From: Octopus sinensis
Lineage: Eukaryota
Direction: 5' to 3'
NCBI RefSeq assembly: GCF_006345805.1
Contig: NC_043001.1
Location: 132,928,001 to 132,992,000 of the forward strand
DNA: 64,000 nt
Shown here: positions 11,162-25,498 of the stretch, piece by piece
Layout: the number at the start of each line of letters is the position of its first letter
Numbering within the stretch: position 1 is the first letter of the stretch
Translations under genes and position numbers: made by a program
The notes under the pieces: generated by a model
Seen by the model: only the letters and a program-made list of their open reading frames with translations
Told to the model about the DNA's origin: nothing
The model's database searches: none

Positions 11162-13276
11162 ATGAAAAGGAAATTTTTGCTTTTTTTGTTTTATAAAACA
11201 AAAAAAAAAGTAGATCAGTTTTCACCATCTAGTTTCCAGCCAATAAAAAACATTTGTGGTACGTTGATGCTCACCTTACACTATTTGAATTTTTTATATT
11301 TGAGACTTTACCTTGACATAAAGTGCTAAAACTGCTATGTAAATGCTTATCATTAGACTACTATCAATCAAAGACAACTTGTGTTTGAAAATGTCGCTGG
11401 TAGACTGTCATTACACCTTAGCTGCTTCAACTGAGCAATTCAAAGGGCATGAAAGTCATTATTATATACATACATTTTCTTCCATTTTTTATTTGATAAT
11501 CCAAACATAATTGATATAGCCACAATAGCTTACTACTGATAATATACTAAAATCTCTTAATTTATCGCCCGAATCAGTGAAGACACATGGCTTAGTGATT
11601 AAGGTGTTCAGCTCATGATTGTGAGGCTATAGGTTCAATTCTAGAAGCAATCAGTGAATTGTGTCCTTGAAGAAGGTATATCATTTCAGGTTGCTTCAGT
11701 CCACTCAACTGAAAACTATTACCAGCAGCAGTTAGGGGTTAGCCTTGCAATTAATTCATATCCCATTCAGTAGGGGGTCTTGAACTTTCAGTCATTTAAA
11801 TACCTCAGAAATCCAAATTAGCTTAGGGCTCAAGAGCCTGAAGGCTTCAGGTAGATATTTTCTACAGGAGTTCAGTTAACTATATACACTAGTTAATTAC
11901 TTTAAAATTCCAATCACTGGGGCAATGCAATTAAGCAGAATAAAGTTTAGCACAATGCCTGGTTTAACAGGACCACCAAGTCCTTAGATCCTTTTAGTAG
12001 AATTAACTCTGCTGCAAATATTCAAACCAGACCTTAGTTCCCTCCAATCTGTGTTTTTCCAAGAGAATTTAACCTAAGAATGTTAAGAAGGATTCTGCTA
12101 CACCAATCTCACTCACCAGTCAGAACTGCTAACCAAAAGATAATGGGTAAGACTCTATGTACAAGAAATATTAGTCAAATCTCCCTTAAAACCAGCTTAT
12201 AAAAGGAAGAACTCATTCGATAATGTCAGAAAAAAGGCTAGATGGCCATAGTTGGAGTACTTTTGATCATATGTCTGCTGGCTAAAGACTTACCTAGGAC
12301 TAATCAACAACAACTGATCATAAATTTTCAGCTTTATTTTCAGTTTTATTTTCTATCTTGGAACTTAACCCAACATAAACTTGAGTCTAGAGAAACCATT
12401 ATGAAGCCTCATGGCCTGCTAGAAATAGTAACCAAATCCCCTCGAAACCTCGCCAACTATCAAAAAAGAAAGAAGGACACATAGGCTAATGTGCTCCAAG
12501 ATACCAAGATATACTATGCATGAGAAAAGGATGGAATGGCCATGACTGAAACGTCTTTGATCATGGCTCTGCTTGATCAGTGTTGACCTGGAACAAAACA
12601 ACGATGATGACTTGGCATTCTCCAGTTTGCCTGACTGAACAAGAAAAAAAAAACTTGGTTTTTGTTGCTATTTCATGGCTGAATGATTAAGCAATAGAAA
12701 TGGCATCCAGCTGTAAAAATAATTGCCTCAATAACAACAACAATAACACTAAAACAACATCTCACCCATGCAAGCATGGAAAATGGATGTCAAGTATTAA
12801 AAGAGATTATGGAAGGTGAGGGTTCCCAGATCTTTTTAGATTAAGCTATGGTCAAACATTTAATACCAATATATGAAACAGTTAATATTGATTACAGAAA
12901 GTTAACATGGGTCACTAATCTCTAGTTGAACATATTGAGGACAAAAGAGATAATTTCAGAAGATAACTTTTTTTTTTAAATCTTTTTTTTCCACACCAAC
13001 ATGGGTGTGACTGGGGTTTTTTAGTGTGCGCAGAGGGAGGGGGTGCGTATGTGCACACACTCATGTGCACGTGTGTGTGTGTGCATGCTTGCATGCATGT
13101 GTGTGCACGTGCATTCACATGTTCAAATTCAGATGTTTTCCAACAGCTAGAGGAATATTTTAACATTACAATACACAGTCTTATCACTAATCACTTGACC
13201 ATATTGTTGAGTGAAACCTGTTGTTGCTCTCTATCCCTAGGTCAGCCTTGATCCAGCAAACCTATCTTTATGGATA

Positions 13277-14439
13277 TATGATGGTTGTCCAAAATGTTTT
13301 GCACAAACAGGAGCAGATCATAGATCATTCAAACTGCACATGTTGGTAGAGTAACTCTTCCTCCAGAGTAACTCTTCTTCCTGTTCATTACTGCAGGAAA
13401 ATAATAGGCTTTAAGCAGAAGTTATGCACTGTCATTGAGTTCTTGATGAAGGAGAGGATGAAGACTGCCTGACATCCACAGATGGTTGCAAACTGTTTAC
13501 AGAGATGACACCATTGACAAGAGCAATGTGCATAGATGGACGGTGTTTAAAGGAGTAGAAGCCAGCATTGAAGACAAACCACTGACACAAATTACCAGAG
13601 AGTGAATGAATTGATTCACATGGACAAACAAGTCACAATCAATGAGCTTGCACTGGATTGTGGTCACAATGCATTGCAGAAGATAAATGAAAACTCTTAG
13701 AATCAGAGATTGTGTGCAAAGTGGGTAACTCAGCAGTTGACACCTGGTTTGAAAGAGAGAAGGGGAAAAGAATACTCTCAGTAGCTAGAAGTGATTGAAG
13801 CTGTGGTTACAGGAGATGAAATGCAAATCTTTCTTTATAACACAGAAACAAAAGCTCAGTTCATATAATGTCATAAAAACTCTTCTCCAAAGCCTAAGAA
13901 GTTCAAAAGCCAGTAACCAGCACAAAAAGTTATGGCAACTGTTTTTGAAGATGACAAGGGCATCTTCGCCCTGATCTTCTGGAAAGTGGCCATGCTGTAA
14001 ACAGCAAGCAGTATATTGAGAAACCATTAGGAAGAAGAGACCAAACAAGAATCTGGAAACTACATCATTGGCAACAAATCAGGCAATCAGAAAATAGGTC
14101 AGTAATTCTCACACACAGCCCAGGTTTGATGCCCTCCAACTTCCACCTGGTCAGTGCAATGAGAGATAGTCTTCAGGAACAATGATTTGATGAGAGAGAT
14201 AAGGTGAAAGTAGCTGTGAAGAAATAGGTATAATATTGCACATCTGAACTTTTTTCAAAGAGGATTTGAGATTTGAGTTCAACAACAGCATAAATGCACT
14301 GCTTGAGATGGCATCTACATTGAGTAGTACCTTTTTATAGAGAAATTTTGCTCTGCTAATGTGTGTAATTTGAATGACCTAGGTCACATAATAAAACTGT
14401 TAAGCCTACTTTTGCATCACTTTTGAGAGAACCCATGTA
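13277..14439 (+). mobile_element. Decayed mariner (Tc1/mariner) DNA transposon
   Basis: Pseudogenised transposase at about 13410-14327 with motif relics LCAKWVTQQLT (WVPHEL), VVTGDE, KVMATVF and SPGLMPSNFHL (YSPDLAPSD). Weak TA-flanked inverted ends; many stops and frameshifts. Confidence 0.85.
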
Positions 14440-17315
14440 CTTCAATTCGAACATTATTGTCTCATGTGTCCTTCCTTTTTATGTAAAGACTGTAAGGCGT
14501 GTGACTTGAGGGAAACTGAGTTGCTACTTCTAGTGGGCCAGAAGACTACATAGAGGCTCCTACATTAAACTTGATTTCTCCTTAACTCCAAGCAAAGTTA
14601 AGTGCTTTAACCACATGCACAGAACAAAAGAGGCCTGAAGGTTTGAACTCAAACCTTCAGACAGTAGCCTAACCTTACAATCACTGCACTCAAACATTGC
14701 TTTGAGATGAAGGTAATTTATTTTGTAGAGGTAAAGAGAAAAAAGAAAGAACAAGAAAAAAAAAGAGAAAAACAAAAGCAAAAAAAAAAAAACAGAAGAA
14801 AAATGACTAAAGAGAATTTGAATAGAAACTGTTTAAAATCATGTATCAAAAGTCACCAGATTAAATAAATGTTGTAACATTTAAATTCAACAACTACCTC
14901 TACTCACTGTCTAAATGTTTTATTTCAGACTATGTAAAATTTACTACAAGAAAGAGAAGAATACTTTTTGGGAAAAATTAAGGTAAACTACTTTAACAAT
15001 AACCATGATAATGACAAATGAATCCAAATGAATGTCAAATTAATTTATCTAATTAACTTTGCACAATTTATATACAATTTATATATTTGTTAGCATAATA
15101 ATAATAACAAAATCAACAACAAAATTTTTTTAGTTTTTTTCTTAGAGTATTTTTTTATACTTTTTCCTTTTTGATCGGTGTTGTTCTTGTTATCAATATT
15201 CATTTAATTAACATTGCATGTCTCAAATCTCAAATGTCTAATATTCTTAAATGTTGTTATCCTTGGATTATCAGATGAGCCATTGGCAACAATTGCTATC
15301 AGATAATGTTTGACATAAGACGTCAGTAATTCTTATATTATGACTCTAATCACTTGAATAATAAATTACATTATAATCAGTGGCCTTCGTTCATAAATTA
15401 AATTAACCTATTAAATTTAAAATATAAAAGGGCAGACAGACGGACAGATGTACATACATACATACATGTTACTGTGCTTAAACTTCAAATTTTATGTGAT
15501 AGCTGTTTTCTCTTTCCTGTTTTCTACAATCTTTTTATTCACTTAGATTGATGAAATAGGTATATTTACAGCCAGATGACTCTCCTATCATAAACCACTC
15601 GACTGCAAAGAGTGAAATTTGTGGATTGTCATGATGCACACAATGAAGCAAGTAGATTTGGTGCTTCACATAGAACTCGATATCTTAACCTCACAGCCTT
15701 TATAAATTCTAATTTACTCTTCTGCTTTTATGTTTTAAACATTTTCAGTTTTAGTTATCTAATTCAATCAATACACAACTGAAATGTTGTACTTATACTG
15801 TGCTTCCTTGTGGCAGTCTGGCACTGCCACTCTAGAGTCTTACACAAGTGTGCAGAGGATGGATAGACAATGTGACGAGAAAAATGCAATACCTATCAAT
15901 AAAAGGCAGATGAATTTAACACAGAGTCAACAGCCATCCATCAAGTTACAAATGGAGTAGGGCCTTATTGAGGCTTTTGAGTCTAGCACTACTTCGTTGG
16001 CAACTCCTGCATCTGCCTATCCTTTGACCTAAGGGGACCCCAGTGAGAGAAGCCTTTTGACAACTGCAAGGACCACTCAAGATGGCTTAAATCAATCCTG
16101 GTAATTTATTTATGTATTTTATATATTGTCATAAAACAGTTATGTGTTTTTCATATTATAATTCCTAATGTCATTAGAAAACTGATTAGAATTAGAGATT
16201 TTTTTTTAATATCATACAGTGTAGTTTATATAATTAATAATTAATATTTTAGGATATTCCACCATGATCAACTTTGCCTTTCACCCTTTCAGGGTCAATA
16301 AAATAAGTACCAGTTGAACACTAGGGTTGATTTAATCAACTTTGCTCCTCCCCAAACCTTCTGGCCTTGTGCCAAAATTTTAAACCAATATTTCAGAATG
16401 GTGTACAGGTAGAAACAGTTAAGAGCTAAATAAATCATCTCGCAGCATTTACTTTTGTCCCTTTAGATCTCAAGTTTCAATCCTAACTTGCATCTTCCTG
16501 GGACCAATTAAAGTACCAGATATGTACTGGAAATAATTCAAACAATTTTGTCTCTTCCCTACAAATTTATGGTTTTGTGAAAAGTTCAGAAGATAATTAA
16601 CTATTCTTCATTGTACAATTCATTTTAAAATGAAGAATAATTACAAAAAAGGTGGAAAACTAGAAAGAATTTACATATTTGTTTTTTAATCATTTAGTCA
16701 GAGAAGAAATGCAGTGCCTCTTCTCAATGTCTCCAACATTGGTCAGAGGAATAGAGGAAACTATCTTTAAACCAGATATCTACCCCAAATGCTTGCAAGT
16801 GAGTGAACTCTGCTAAAGGCCCACATGGAACAGGCAATGGTATTAAATTGAGAGGTGGATTAAGTCTACTACTCAAGAAGAGAAACAGTCCTTCTGAGGA
16901 ACTTCCATGTAGTTTCCATATACCAAATTTCATTCACAACACTTTGGTCTACTCACAGCAAAGGTAGAAGGCACATGCTCAAGATACTTTGCAATTTGGA
17001 TTAAATCCAAAAAACATAGTTGTGAAGCAAATTTCCTGCCAGTGCTGGTGTCATGTAAAAAGCATCCAGTTCACATTGTAAAGTGGTGGCATTTGGAAGG
17101 GCATCCAGCTGTAAAAACTATGTCAAAACTGACCTTGTCTGTGTTGGCGCCACATAAAAGCACTCAGTCCACTCTGTGGGGTGGTTGGTGTTAGGAAGGG
17201 CATATAACCATAAAACCATGCCAAAACAAACACAGTAGCCTGGTGTCATCTTCTACCTGGCCAGCTCCTATCAAACCGTCCAACCTATGCCAGCATGGAA
17301 GGATGACATTAAACA

Positions 17316-17348
<33 letters not shown>

Positions 17349-17357
17349 GTGATGATA

Positions 17358-17420
<63 letters not shown>
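17316..17420. repeat. (GAT)n expansion of a family C tail
   Basis: Direct reading. Confidence 0.95.
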
Positions 17421-17895
17421 GCCATGACTACTAGATTACCAATTACCAACCTGCTAGACATTGTTCATAATGACAAGTTCCCAAATCAGAAAAATTGTAT
17501 TTTAATTCTATGAAAGAACCTAATGATTATGCACAATAGCTGTACTAACTGCATAGTCAAGTTCAAATCTTGTCACTGTCATTGTGTTGTACCACTGACC
17601 AAATTAACCCAAGTGCTAAAAACCAAAGGTTTGGTTTGAGGCCACCACTTGATTCACTCCCTTTCCCCTAATTAGATTTGGAAATTCTAAAAAAAGTGCC
17701 ATAGATACTATCCTTCTTCCTTTGATGATGCCATTAAGGAAAATGCATTTGAGCACCAGTCACAACTCCCTGTAGTTGAAGTAAAAATATTAATTATCAT
17801 CTTCATCATCATCATCATTTTTAATATCTACTTCCTTATGCTTGCTTGGGCCAGACAAAATTCGTTAAGACGAAATTTTCTATAACTAGATGCTT

Positions 17896-17896
<1 letters not shown>

Positions 17897-17975
<79 letters not shown>
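17897..17975. repeat. (CT)n microsatellite
   Basis: Direct reading. Confidence 0.95.
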
Positions 17976-17980
<5 letters not shown>

Positions 17981-19447
17981 ACACCAACTTTTCCCTGTTT
18001 CCAAGCAAAATAATATTTCCTACCAGTCCAGAGATGTTTTCTCAGAAATTTTCTTTTTTTTATGTGCCCTTTTCAAGCCTTGCCAGGCTCATGGGTCCAG
18101 TTTCCTGGCTTCTGGACGCCAGTCCATCGCAGCATTTCTCAAGAAACAGGAAGAAAGAGTGAGAGAAAGTTGGGGCGAAAGAGTACAAAAGGGGTCACCA
18201 CCACCCTCTGCCAGAGCCTCGTGGAGCTTTAGGTGTTTTCACTGAATAAACACACACAACATCCGGTCTGGAAATCAAAACCACGATCCTCCGACCACGA
18301 GTCCACTGCCCTAACCACTGGGCCATTGCACCTCCACTCCCAGAAAATTACAAACAAATAATACCACTTACATGAAGGTGATATTTGTTTACAAATTAGC
18401 AAGCAATGAGAAAACAAGAGCACACAAACATACATCATCATCATTGTTTAACGTCTGTTTTCCATGCTAGCATGGGTTGGACGGTTCGACTGGGGTCTGG
18501 GAAGCCAGGGGCTGCACCAGGCTCCAGTCTGATCTGGCAGTGTTTCTACAGCTGGATGCCCTTCCTAACGCCAACCACTCTGCGAGTGTAGTGGGTGCTT
18601 TTTACGTGCCACCGGCACAGGTGCCAGGGGAGTCTGGCATCGGCCACGATCGGTTGGTGCTTTTAACGTGCCACTGGTATGGAAGCCAGTCAAGGCGGCG
18701 CTGGCATCGTCCACGTTCGGATGGTGCTTTTTATGTGCCACCAGCATAGAAGCCAGTCGAGGTGGCGCTGGCATCGGCCACGTTCGGATGGTGCTTTTTT
18801 TCAGTTTCTGCCTGTCAAATCTACTCTCACAATTTTATCAGCTTGGGCTTATAGCAAAAGACACTTACTGGATGGCATGCAGTGGGACTTAATCTAGAAC
18901 CATGTGGTTGCACATTTCTTAACCACACAGCCATGTCTCCCTGTATAAGTCATTAAATTCAATGGGAATACATTGATGACCAGCAAACCAAGAATGTGAG
19001 CAATTAATGCCTTGCTACAGGTGTTGTATTTTATCATCATTGGTCAAGACACATAACTTTGAAATGGCCAAAACAGGAGCTGGAGAAGAACCAGTCAGGG
19101 AAGCATCAACATTCTACATTCATCTGTTTTCTATGTATAGATGGGTTTGAAGGGGCAATGCCGTTACAACAATCCACCACTTATTATGGCCCTTTGCCAT
19201 TTCCTTCATGAGATTCAGAAGTCTGAGATTATCATTCACCACTTCTCTCCCTATCTCCTGCAAGCTCCTTCCACTTGGAATGCATTACCACTTCACACGA
19301 CTGTCATCCTTCATAAGCATCACTTGGCCATGGCTCATAATTTGCAGAGAGATGAAAGACAAATTATATCACAGACAAATGAAATGCAGTTCTGCAAGAG
19401 CATCTACTCCAGCGTGCTACTTTTTTGCACCACTACCCACCACACCA

Positions 19448-19511
<64 letters not shown>

Positions 19512-19516
19512 TGTGT

Positions 19517-19552
<36 letters not shown>

Positions 19553-21059
19553 GTGTGTGTGTGTGTGCATGTGTGTGTGTGTTACAATAAGAATATTTTA
19601 AAATCACATACATATATTTTTACTTCTAACAAGAAATGTCTGATGACTGCTAAATCTTTCATCAAATTCCTTCATTTATCATGATTGAATCAACACATAG
19701 CTTCAGTGGGGGATGTGGTGAAGGATGGATGTGTGTAATTTTGAAAGACTGTTTTTGTTTGTTTTGATTTTAGTTTGCTTGCTTTCTACTTTATATTTTA
19801 TTTTACTCTTTTTTCTTTTTTTTTTAAGTGGAAGCAAATTGACAGAACTGATCAAATGAATATAGCATTAGAAATTTTAGCTCTATGAATAAATAAACAT
19901 ATCTATGAATAAATACATATATAAATAAGACAAGAATATTCTGACCGCTGTCTTGCTCTAGTGTCACTGCATTAAGCCAATGAGAGATAAATCTCACTTT
20001 GTATAGAAAGTCAGTACATTGCCAATAGTATTCTCTGAAGACCTAGATCCTATTCATAATAACAAAGTTAGCTGCAACATACACTATTAAATGTACTAGC
20101 TGAGTATGAGCTGATACTCCCATAACATACTCCCACAACATCTATTCTGCTTCTGCTCCCTTGCAAAACAAAAAGAAGAAAAATTCTGGTAGAGATATAT
20201 TAGTAAGATATCCAAATGAAAAGGGAACTAAACCAAGCTACTTGCTCAAAAATCACAAGTTGAAATTACCTAGTGGCATGTGTGTGTGTGCACGCATGCA
20301 CGCAGGTGTGTGCGCACACGTGCATGCGTGTGTAGACAGAATATGGATGTAGGTACCGAATCAATCAGAAATGTTGTCTGTGTTGCATTGGTGTCCTTTC
20401 CAGAGAGAAAGATTTATCATCTGTTCACTTAATACTATTAAACTGAAACCAAGAACCAAAATTTTACAAGCCTCCTGCGATTTAGAAGAAGAATTATAAG
20501 ACTGCAAGGAAACTGAAATGAAGTAGTATAAACAATAACAACAACAATAGTAAAACAAATCTGTGACATCTTAACGGCAAAATAAGAAACAACTAGAGTA
20601 TACCAATACACCAAAACTTTCAGATATTTCATAATGAAGAGAAATCTTCCCTATCATTGGTCACTGCTATATCATGGATAACAAGCCTATATCTAGTACC
20701 TATTTATACTAACAACATGAACAGTAACAAGTAAAATAAGGTGTGTTGATCAGAAATATAATAAAATGTGATTCAGTGAGAGTTTCTATGTGGTCAGTTG
20801 ATTCGCTAGAAACAGAAACCAAGTTCCCTACATATCACACCCTATTGTCTTCAAAACTGGAAGGACACATTGGATGACATAATCTTAGTTACACTGTTGC
20901 TGAAAAAAAAAAAAAGGAAAACAGGATGGTCTTGGTTACAAAGTTTTTGATCAGTGGTCTATTCAACCAGAGCCATCTTTCCTAAATTTAAACAACAACA
21001 GTTAAGAAGGACAGAGGGATCTATGGTCACAAATGTTGAGTAATGACCAAAAGGGTATG

Positions 21060-21390
21060 ACCACAAAGACAAGCGGTCAAATTGAGGTTCTTCTTAAGGA
21101 TCTTTAGAGTAAAGCTACTCAACATGGTAAATAGCGCAAAGATCAGGGTGTCTCACCAAATCAAGCCACTATTTCACTGCATCAAGAGGTCACAGCTTTG
21201 GTATAATGCATGCATGATTAGAGTGTTGCAGAAAAGAATTGCAAGATGCATTCTTCAAGCTAAGCAAACTGAAAAGACTCCTAGGCGTACACTGAGAATG
21301 AAATGGATGGATAATATCCATAGTTTTAGTTGGTCATACTTGAGAATCCAGCAAGAAAATCTAATGACAGTTACTTCTCATAGGACCCTA
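21060..21390 (+). pseudogene. RTE LINE ORF C-terminal fragment
   Basis: MRFFLRIFRV..IKRSQLW..RIARCILQAK..RRTLRMKWMDNI resembles the RTE C-terminal region. Confidence 0.65.
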
Positions 21391-21394
21391 TTAA

Positions 21395-21615
21395 CCCTTT
21401 CGTTACCAACCCGGCCAAAAGCTGCTCTGGCTCTGTAGTACAAATGTCTTCTTTTCATAAGTTTTGAATTAAAATCTTCCACCGAACCTTAGTCACAATT
21501 TATGTTCCTAACACTAACTGAATGATAACTTAGTTATTTTACTAAATTCTTTGTTATATTTAAAGTAATTAAAAGAAACACAGAGTATCTCAAAATAAAT
21601 ACAGTAACGAAAGGG
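21395..21615. mobile_element. piggyBac-type MITE family 1
   Basis: TTAA|CCCTTTCGTTAC ... GTAACGAAAGGG|TTAA: perfect 12-bp TIR with TTAA TSD. Confidence 0.9.
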
Positions 21616-22347
21616 TTAAGGAGGGTGCCTGAGGACTCTACCGCCATGCTCCTCCCAGGAATAATTAATGGATGGAGAAAATGGATAGGATAGATGGATA
21701 TAACAACTTGTTCTTACAGTATTTTCTTAGCAATCACAAATGATGCCAAAATCCTTTTTTGATGATGTAATATAACTTGGCAAAAGAACCTGTAATGATC
21801 TCACTTTAAGCTATTTCATCTTCTCTTCCTCACAAAAACATAGTATACGATTGAAATACCATAAATCATTTCATGTGTATCTTTCTACATTATCATCAAC
21901 ATAATGGTTTCAAATTTTGGCTCAAATCCATATTTCATCCACTTTCCATGCAATCATGGGTCAGACATGTCATTTTCATTTGAGGTCACTGTCCTTCCAT
22001 ATATAACTATATATATATCGTGAAGGTGCATGGCTTAACAGTTAGGGCTTTCAGCTTACAATCATAAGGTTGTGAGTTCAATTATTCCCGGGAAACATGT
22101 TGTGCCCTTGAGCAAGACACTTTATTTCACATTGTCCCAGTTCACTCAGCTGGCAAAAATGAGTAGTACCTGTATTTCAAAGGGCCAGCCTTGTTACACA
22201 CTGTGTCACACTGAATCTCCTTCATAACTATGTTAAGGGTACATGTGTCAGGGAGTGCTCAGCCACCTGCAAATTAATTGTACAAGCAAGCTGTTCCATT
22301 CATCGTATCAGCTGGGACCCTCATTATTGTAACTGAAGGAGTGCTCC

Positions 22348-22406
<59 letters not shown>

Positions 22407-23484
22407 TTGTGAAACCATTGGGTTCAGAGCTGATCTGCATATATATACCTACCAGTGTGGTGTTGAGCACTCATTCTCACTGTTCAATACTAGCATCAAC
22501 ATATATATAAAATATATATGTGTGTGTGTATGTATATATATATATATATATAGGTGTATATAGATATAGATATAAATATATATGTATATATGTAAGTATA
22601 TACATGTATGTGTGTATTGTATATTCTTAAATTCTATATATATATATATTTGATTTTATATTCCTTTTTATATATATATATAATTTTATATTCTTTTGTG
22701 GTGTGTGTGTGTGTGTGCGTTCGTGCGTGCGTGCGTGCGTGTGTCTCTCTTTATATATATTTATATGTTTTATATTCATAAGGCTGCTAGAATTGCTGAG
22801 CCAAACATCTAGCTTCGGTTTGTCTTCAGAGCACTTAGCATTAATAGAGAGAGATTTTGCAATGCAAGTTGCACAATACTTAAATTCTGCACGGGCCTTT
22901 CTAACATCATTGTTAACATCTTGTGTTGTCTTCATCATTATGTCTTATTGTCCTTTTATGTTCTTTTGTAATTTTGCACGTCCTTCTAACTTTTTGCGTC
23001 ACAAGACTTGTGGCAACAGAAAGGTGGCATCTGGTACACACCTGATGGGTTGGTGGTATCTAGTCACCAACCTGCTCACAAGCAGCCTTTTGGTAGGTGT
23101 AAAGTCGCTTCCTCATCAACTCAAGATTTGGTTTCTCCATTAGGTGTCTGAGTAGTCTTTTGTGGGGGACAGTACTACTCACCAATGTATTTGGAAGGGT
23201 TTAGAAAAGGTAACCCAAAAATTGATTACCTCAAAAAATATCTGGTCAGTTTAACAAAGCTGGCAGATGTCCATACAGTGCTTGAAACAACAGAATCAGT
23301 AATGCAAATGCTAGCCAACAATGGGACTTAAGATTTCTTGTTGGAATGTTTGCACATTAGCTGATAATGCAAGAGCTTGTCCTAAGCATAAAACAGCCAT
23401 TCTTGCAAACAAACTACAAAAATATTCTGTAGATACATCTTTCATCAATTCAGGATCCATCTTTATAGGTGAACAACAAAACAT

Positions 23485-23950
23485 CATCATCATCATTGTT
23501 TAACGTCTGTTTTCCATGCTAGCATGGGTTGGACGGTTCAACCAGGGTCTGGGAAGACAGGAGGCTGCACCAGGCTCCAGTCTGATCTGACAGTGTTTCT
23601 ACAGCTGGATGCCCTTCCTAACGCCAACCACTCCATGAGTGTAGTGGGTGCTTTTTACGTGCCACTGGCACAGAGGCCAGAGGAGGCTGGCAAACAGCCA
23701 CGATCGGTTGGTGCTTTTACGTGTCACCGGCATGGGTATCTTAACTACAATTTCCATCTGATTTTTATTTTGATGCTGATGTTGACGTACTTGACTCAAT
23801 AGGTCTCCTCAAGAACAGCAGGTCACTCTACGATCCAAGGTTAGCACAGAAGGCCATCCTGCGAGCCATGAACTCACTTCATTTGTTGGGTCTTCACAGT
23901 CACAGCATATCTCAGAGGTCTCGGTCTTTGTCATTTCCTCTGTGAGGCCC
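23485..23950 (-). mobile_element. RTE LINE 3' end linking the ORF C-terminus to the family C UTR
   Basis: Minus strand encodes a frameshifted GLTEEMTKDRDLWRYAVTVKTQQMK*-like RTE C-terminus directly upstream of family C sequence. A similar link is at 52430-52770 (NDLTKLNQSSEMTKDRDTWCLAVLKKS). Confidence 0.7.
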
Positions 23951-24452
23951 TACATGCCACCGGCAAGGGTATCACAACCTACACAAGTTATATAATATCT
24001 CTTCTGAATTCCTTGGTTTTCAAAATACTAATAATCAGGATTGGTTTGATGAAAATAATACAGAGATAACTCTGCTACTTGAGCATAAGTCTGCACTCAG
24101 AAAGTCACTTCTTCAGAATAGTTTATGCTCTATTAGAAGCAAAATAATAGAAGACGAGCTAAAAATGAGTTAAAGCAGTGATACAGAGAGCAATAAGAGG
24201 TAAGAAAGAAAATTGGAGGAGGGATTTGCCAAAAAATATTCAATCAGATGCTGATTGTTATGACGCTAAAATGTTTTATTCTCTCACAAAAAAAAAAGCT
24301 CTTGTCTTAAAGCTGTAAGAATAACACCTTTACATTTTTCTTCAAAACACAAAACTGAATGTTGTAGATAAATTTACATATCATGGAAGTATGATGAATT
24401 GTGTTTGTTCTTTACATGATGAAATAACAAGCCATCTTCTAAAAGGATCTCA

Positions 24453-24850
24453 TAGGCGCAGGAGTGGCTGTGTGGTAAGTAGCTTGTTTACCAACCACAT
24501 GATTCCGGGTTCAGTCCCACTGTGTGGCATCTTGGGCAAGTGTCTTCTGCTATAGCCCCGGGCCAACCAATGCCTTGTGAGTGGATTTGGTAGACAGAAA
24601 CTGAAAGAAGCCTGTCGTATATATGTATATATATATGTGGGGGGGGGTTGTGTGTCTGTGTTTGTCCCCCTAGCATTGCTTGACAACCGATGCTGGTGTG
24701 TTTACATCCCCATCACTTAGCGGTTCGGCAAAAGAGACCGATAGAATAAGTACTGGGCTTACAAAAAATAAGTCCCGGGGTCGATTTGATTGACTAAAGG
24801 CGGTGCTCCAGCATGGCCACAGTCAAATGACTGAAACAAGTAAAAGAAAA
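24453..24850 (+). mobile_element. SINE family A inserted in an RTE relic
   Basis: Same consensus as 6655; splits RTE fragments. Confidence 0.88.
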
Positions 24851-25498
24851 GATAAAAGAAAGAAAGATATTTCAAGAATCTTTGAAGGGCAAGTTTGGCC
24901 TAATTGAGATATTACCAAAAACACAAAGATTGCAGTGTACAGGACTTGTGTGCTTTCATCCCTTCTTTACTCATGTAAGGCAAGGGTAGTAAATAAGAAA
25001 TTACTAGAGTGATTTCATCAGCATTGTTCGTGCTCTACACTGAAAATCATATGGGTGCACAAAGTACCAGATTTTGAGTACTTGACTGTGAGGATGGCAT
25101 TGAAACTGAAAATCCTTAGCATTCGCTTTGCTGGACTGGCCATCTGACAAGGGAATCTGATTAACGCATGCCCAAACAACTGTTATACAATTAGATGAAA
25201 GGAGCAAAGAGGCCTCGATGTAAACCAAATATGCATTTCAGAGATTTAATAAGTAGCTCTCAAAAGAATTTCAAAACAGTACATGCAAACAGGGTGAGTG
25301 ATGCAATGGTCCAATCAAAATGGAGGAGAACAATCCGAGAAGGTGCTGCCTTTTTTGAAGATAAACAAAAACATGCACTGATGAAAAGAAGCAAGAAAAG
25401 GTTTACTTGTGGCCAATGATCTTTCTCTCCTAACTTGTGATATCTGTAACCATATTCAAGAAGGCTGAGGGTGTCTGGCATCACTCACCAAATCCTTT

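Larger units (their letters stand above)
23321..25430 (+). pseudogene. Internally deleted RTE LINE relic (APE-RT ORF)
   Basis: LKISCWNVCTLADN..KTAILANKLQKYSVD (APE start, 23321); NQDWFDENNTEITLLLEHK (about 24030); TKIAVYRTCVLSSLLY..FHQHC and SKWRRTIREGAAFFE (24900-25400). Split by later insertions. Confidence 0.8.

Noticed and set aside
14908-14982. Apparent small exons on both strands (plus 14929-14982; minus 14943-14908)
   Set aside because: The minus candidate has stops in all frames; the plus candidate has no partner exons or homology. Splice-like signals are common in AT-rich DNA.
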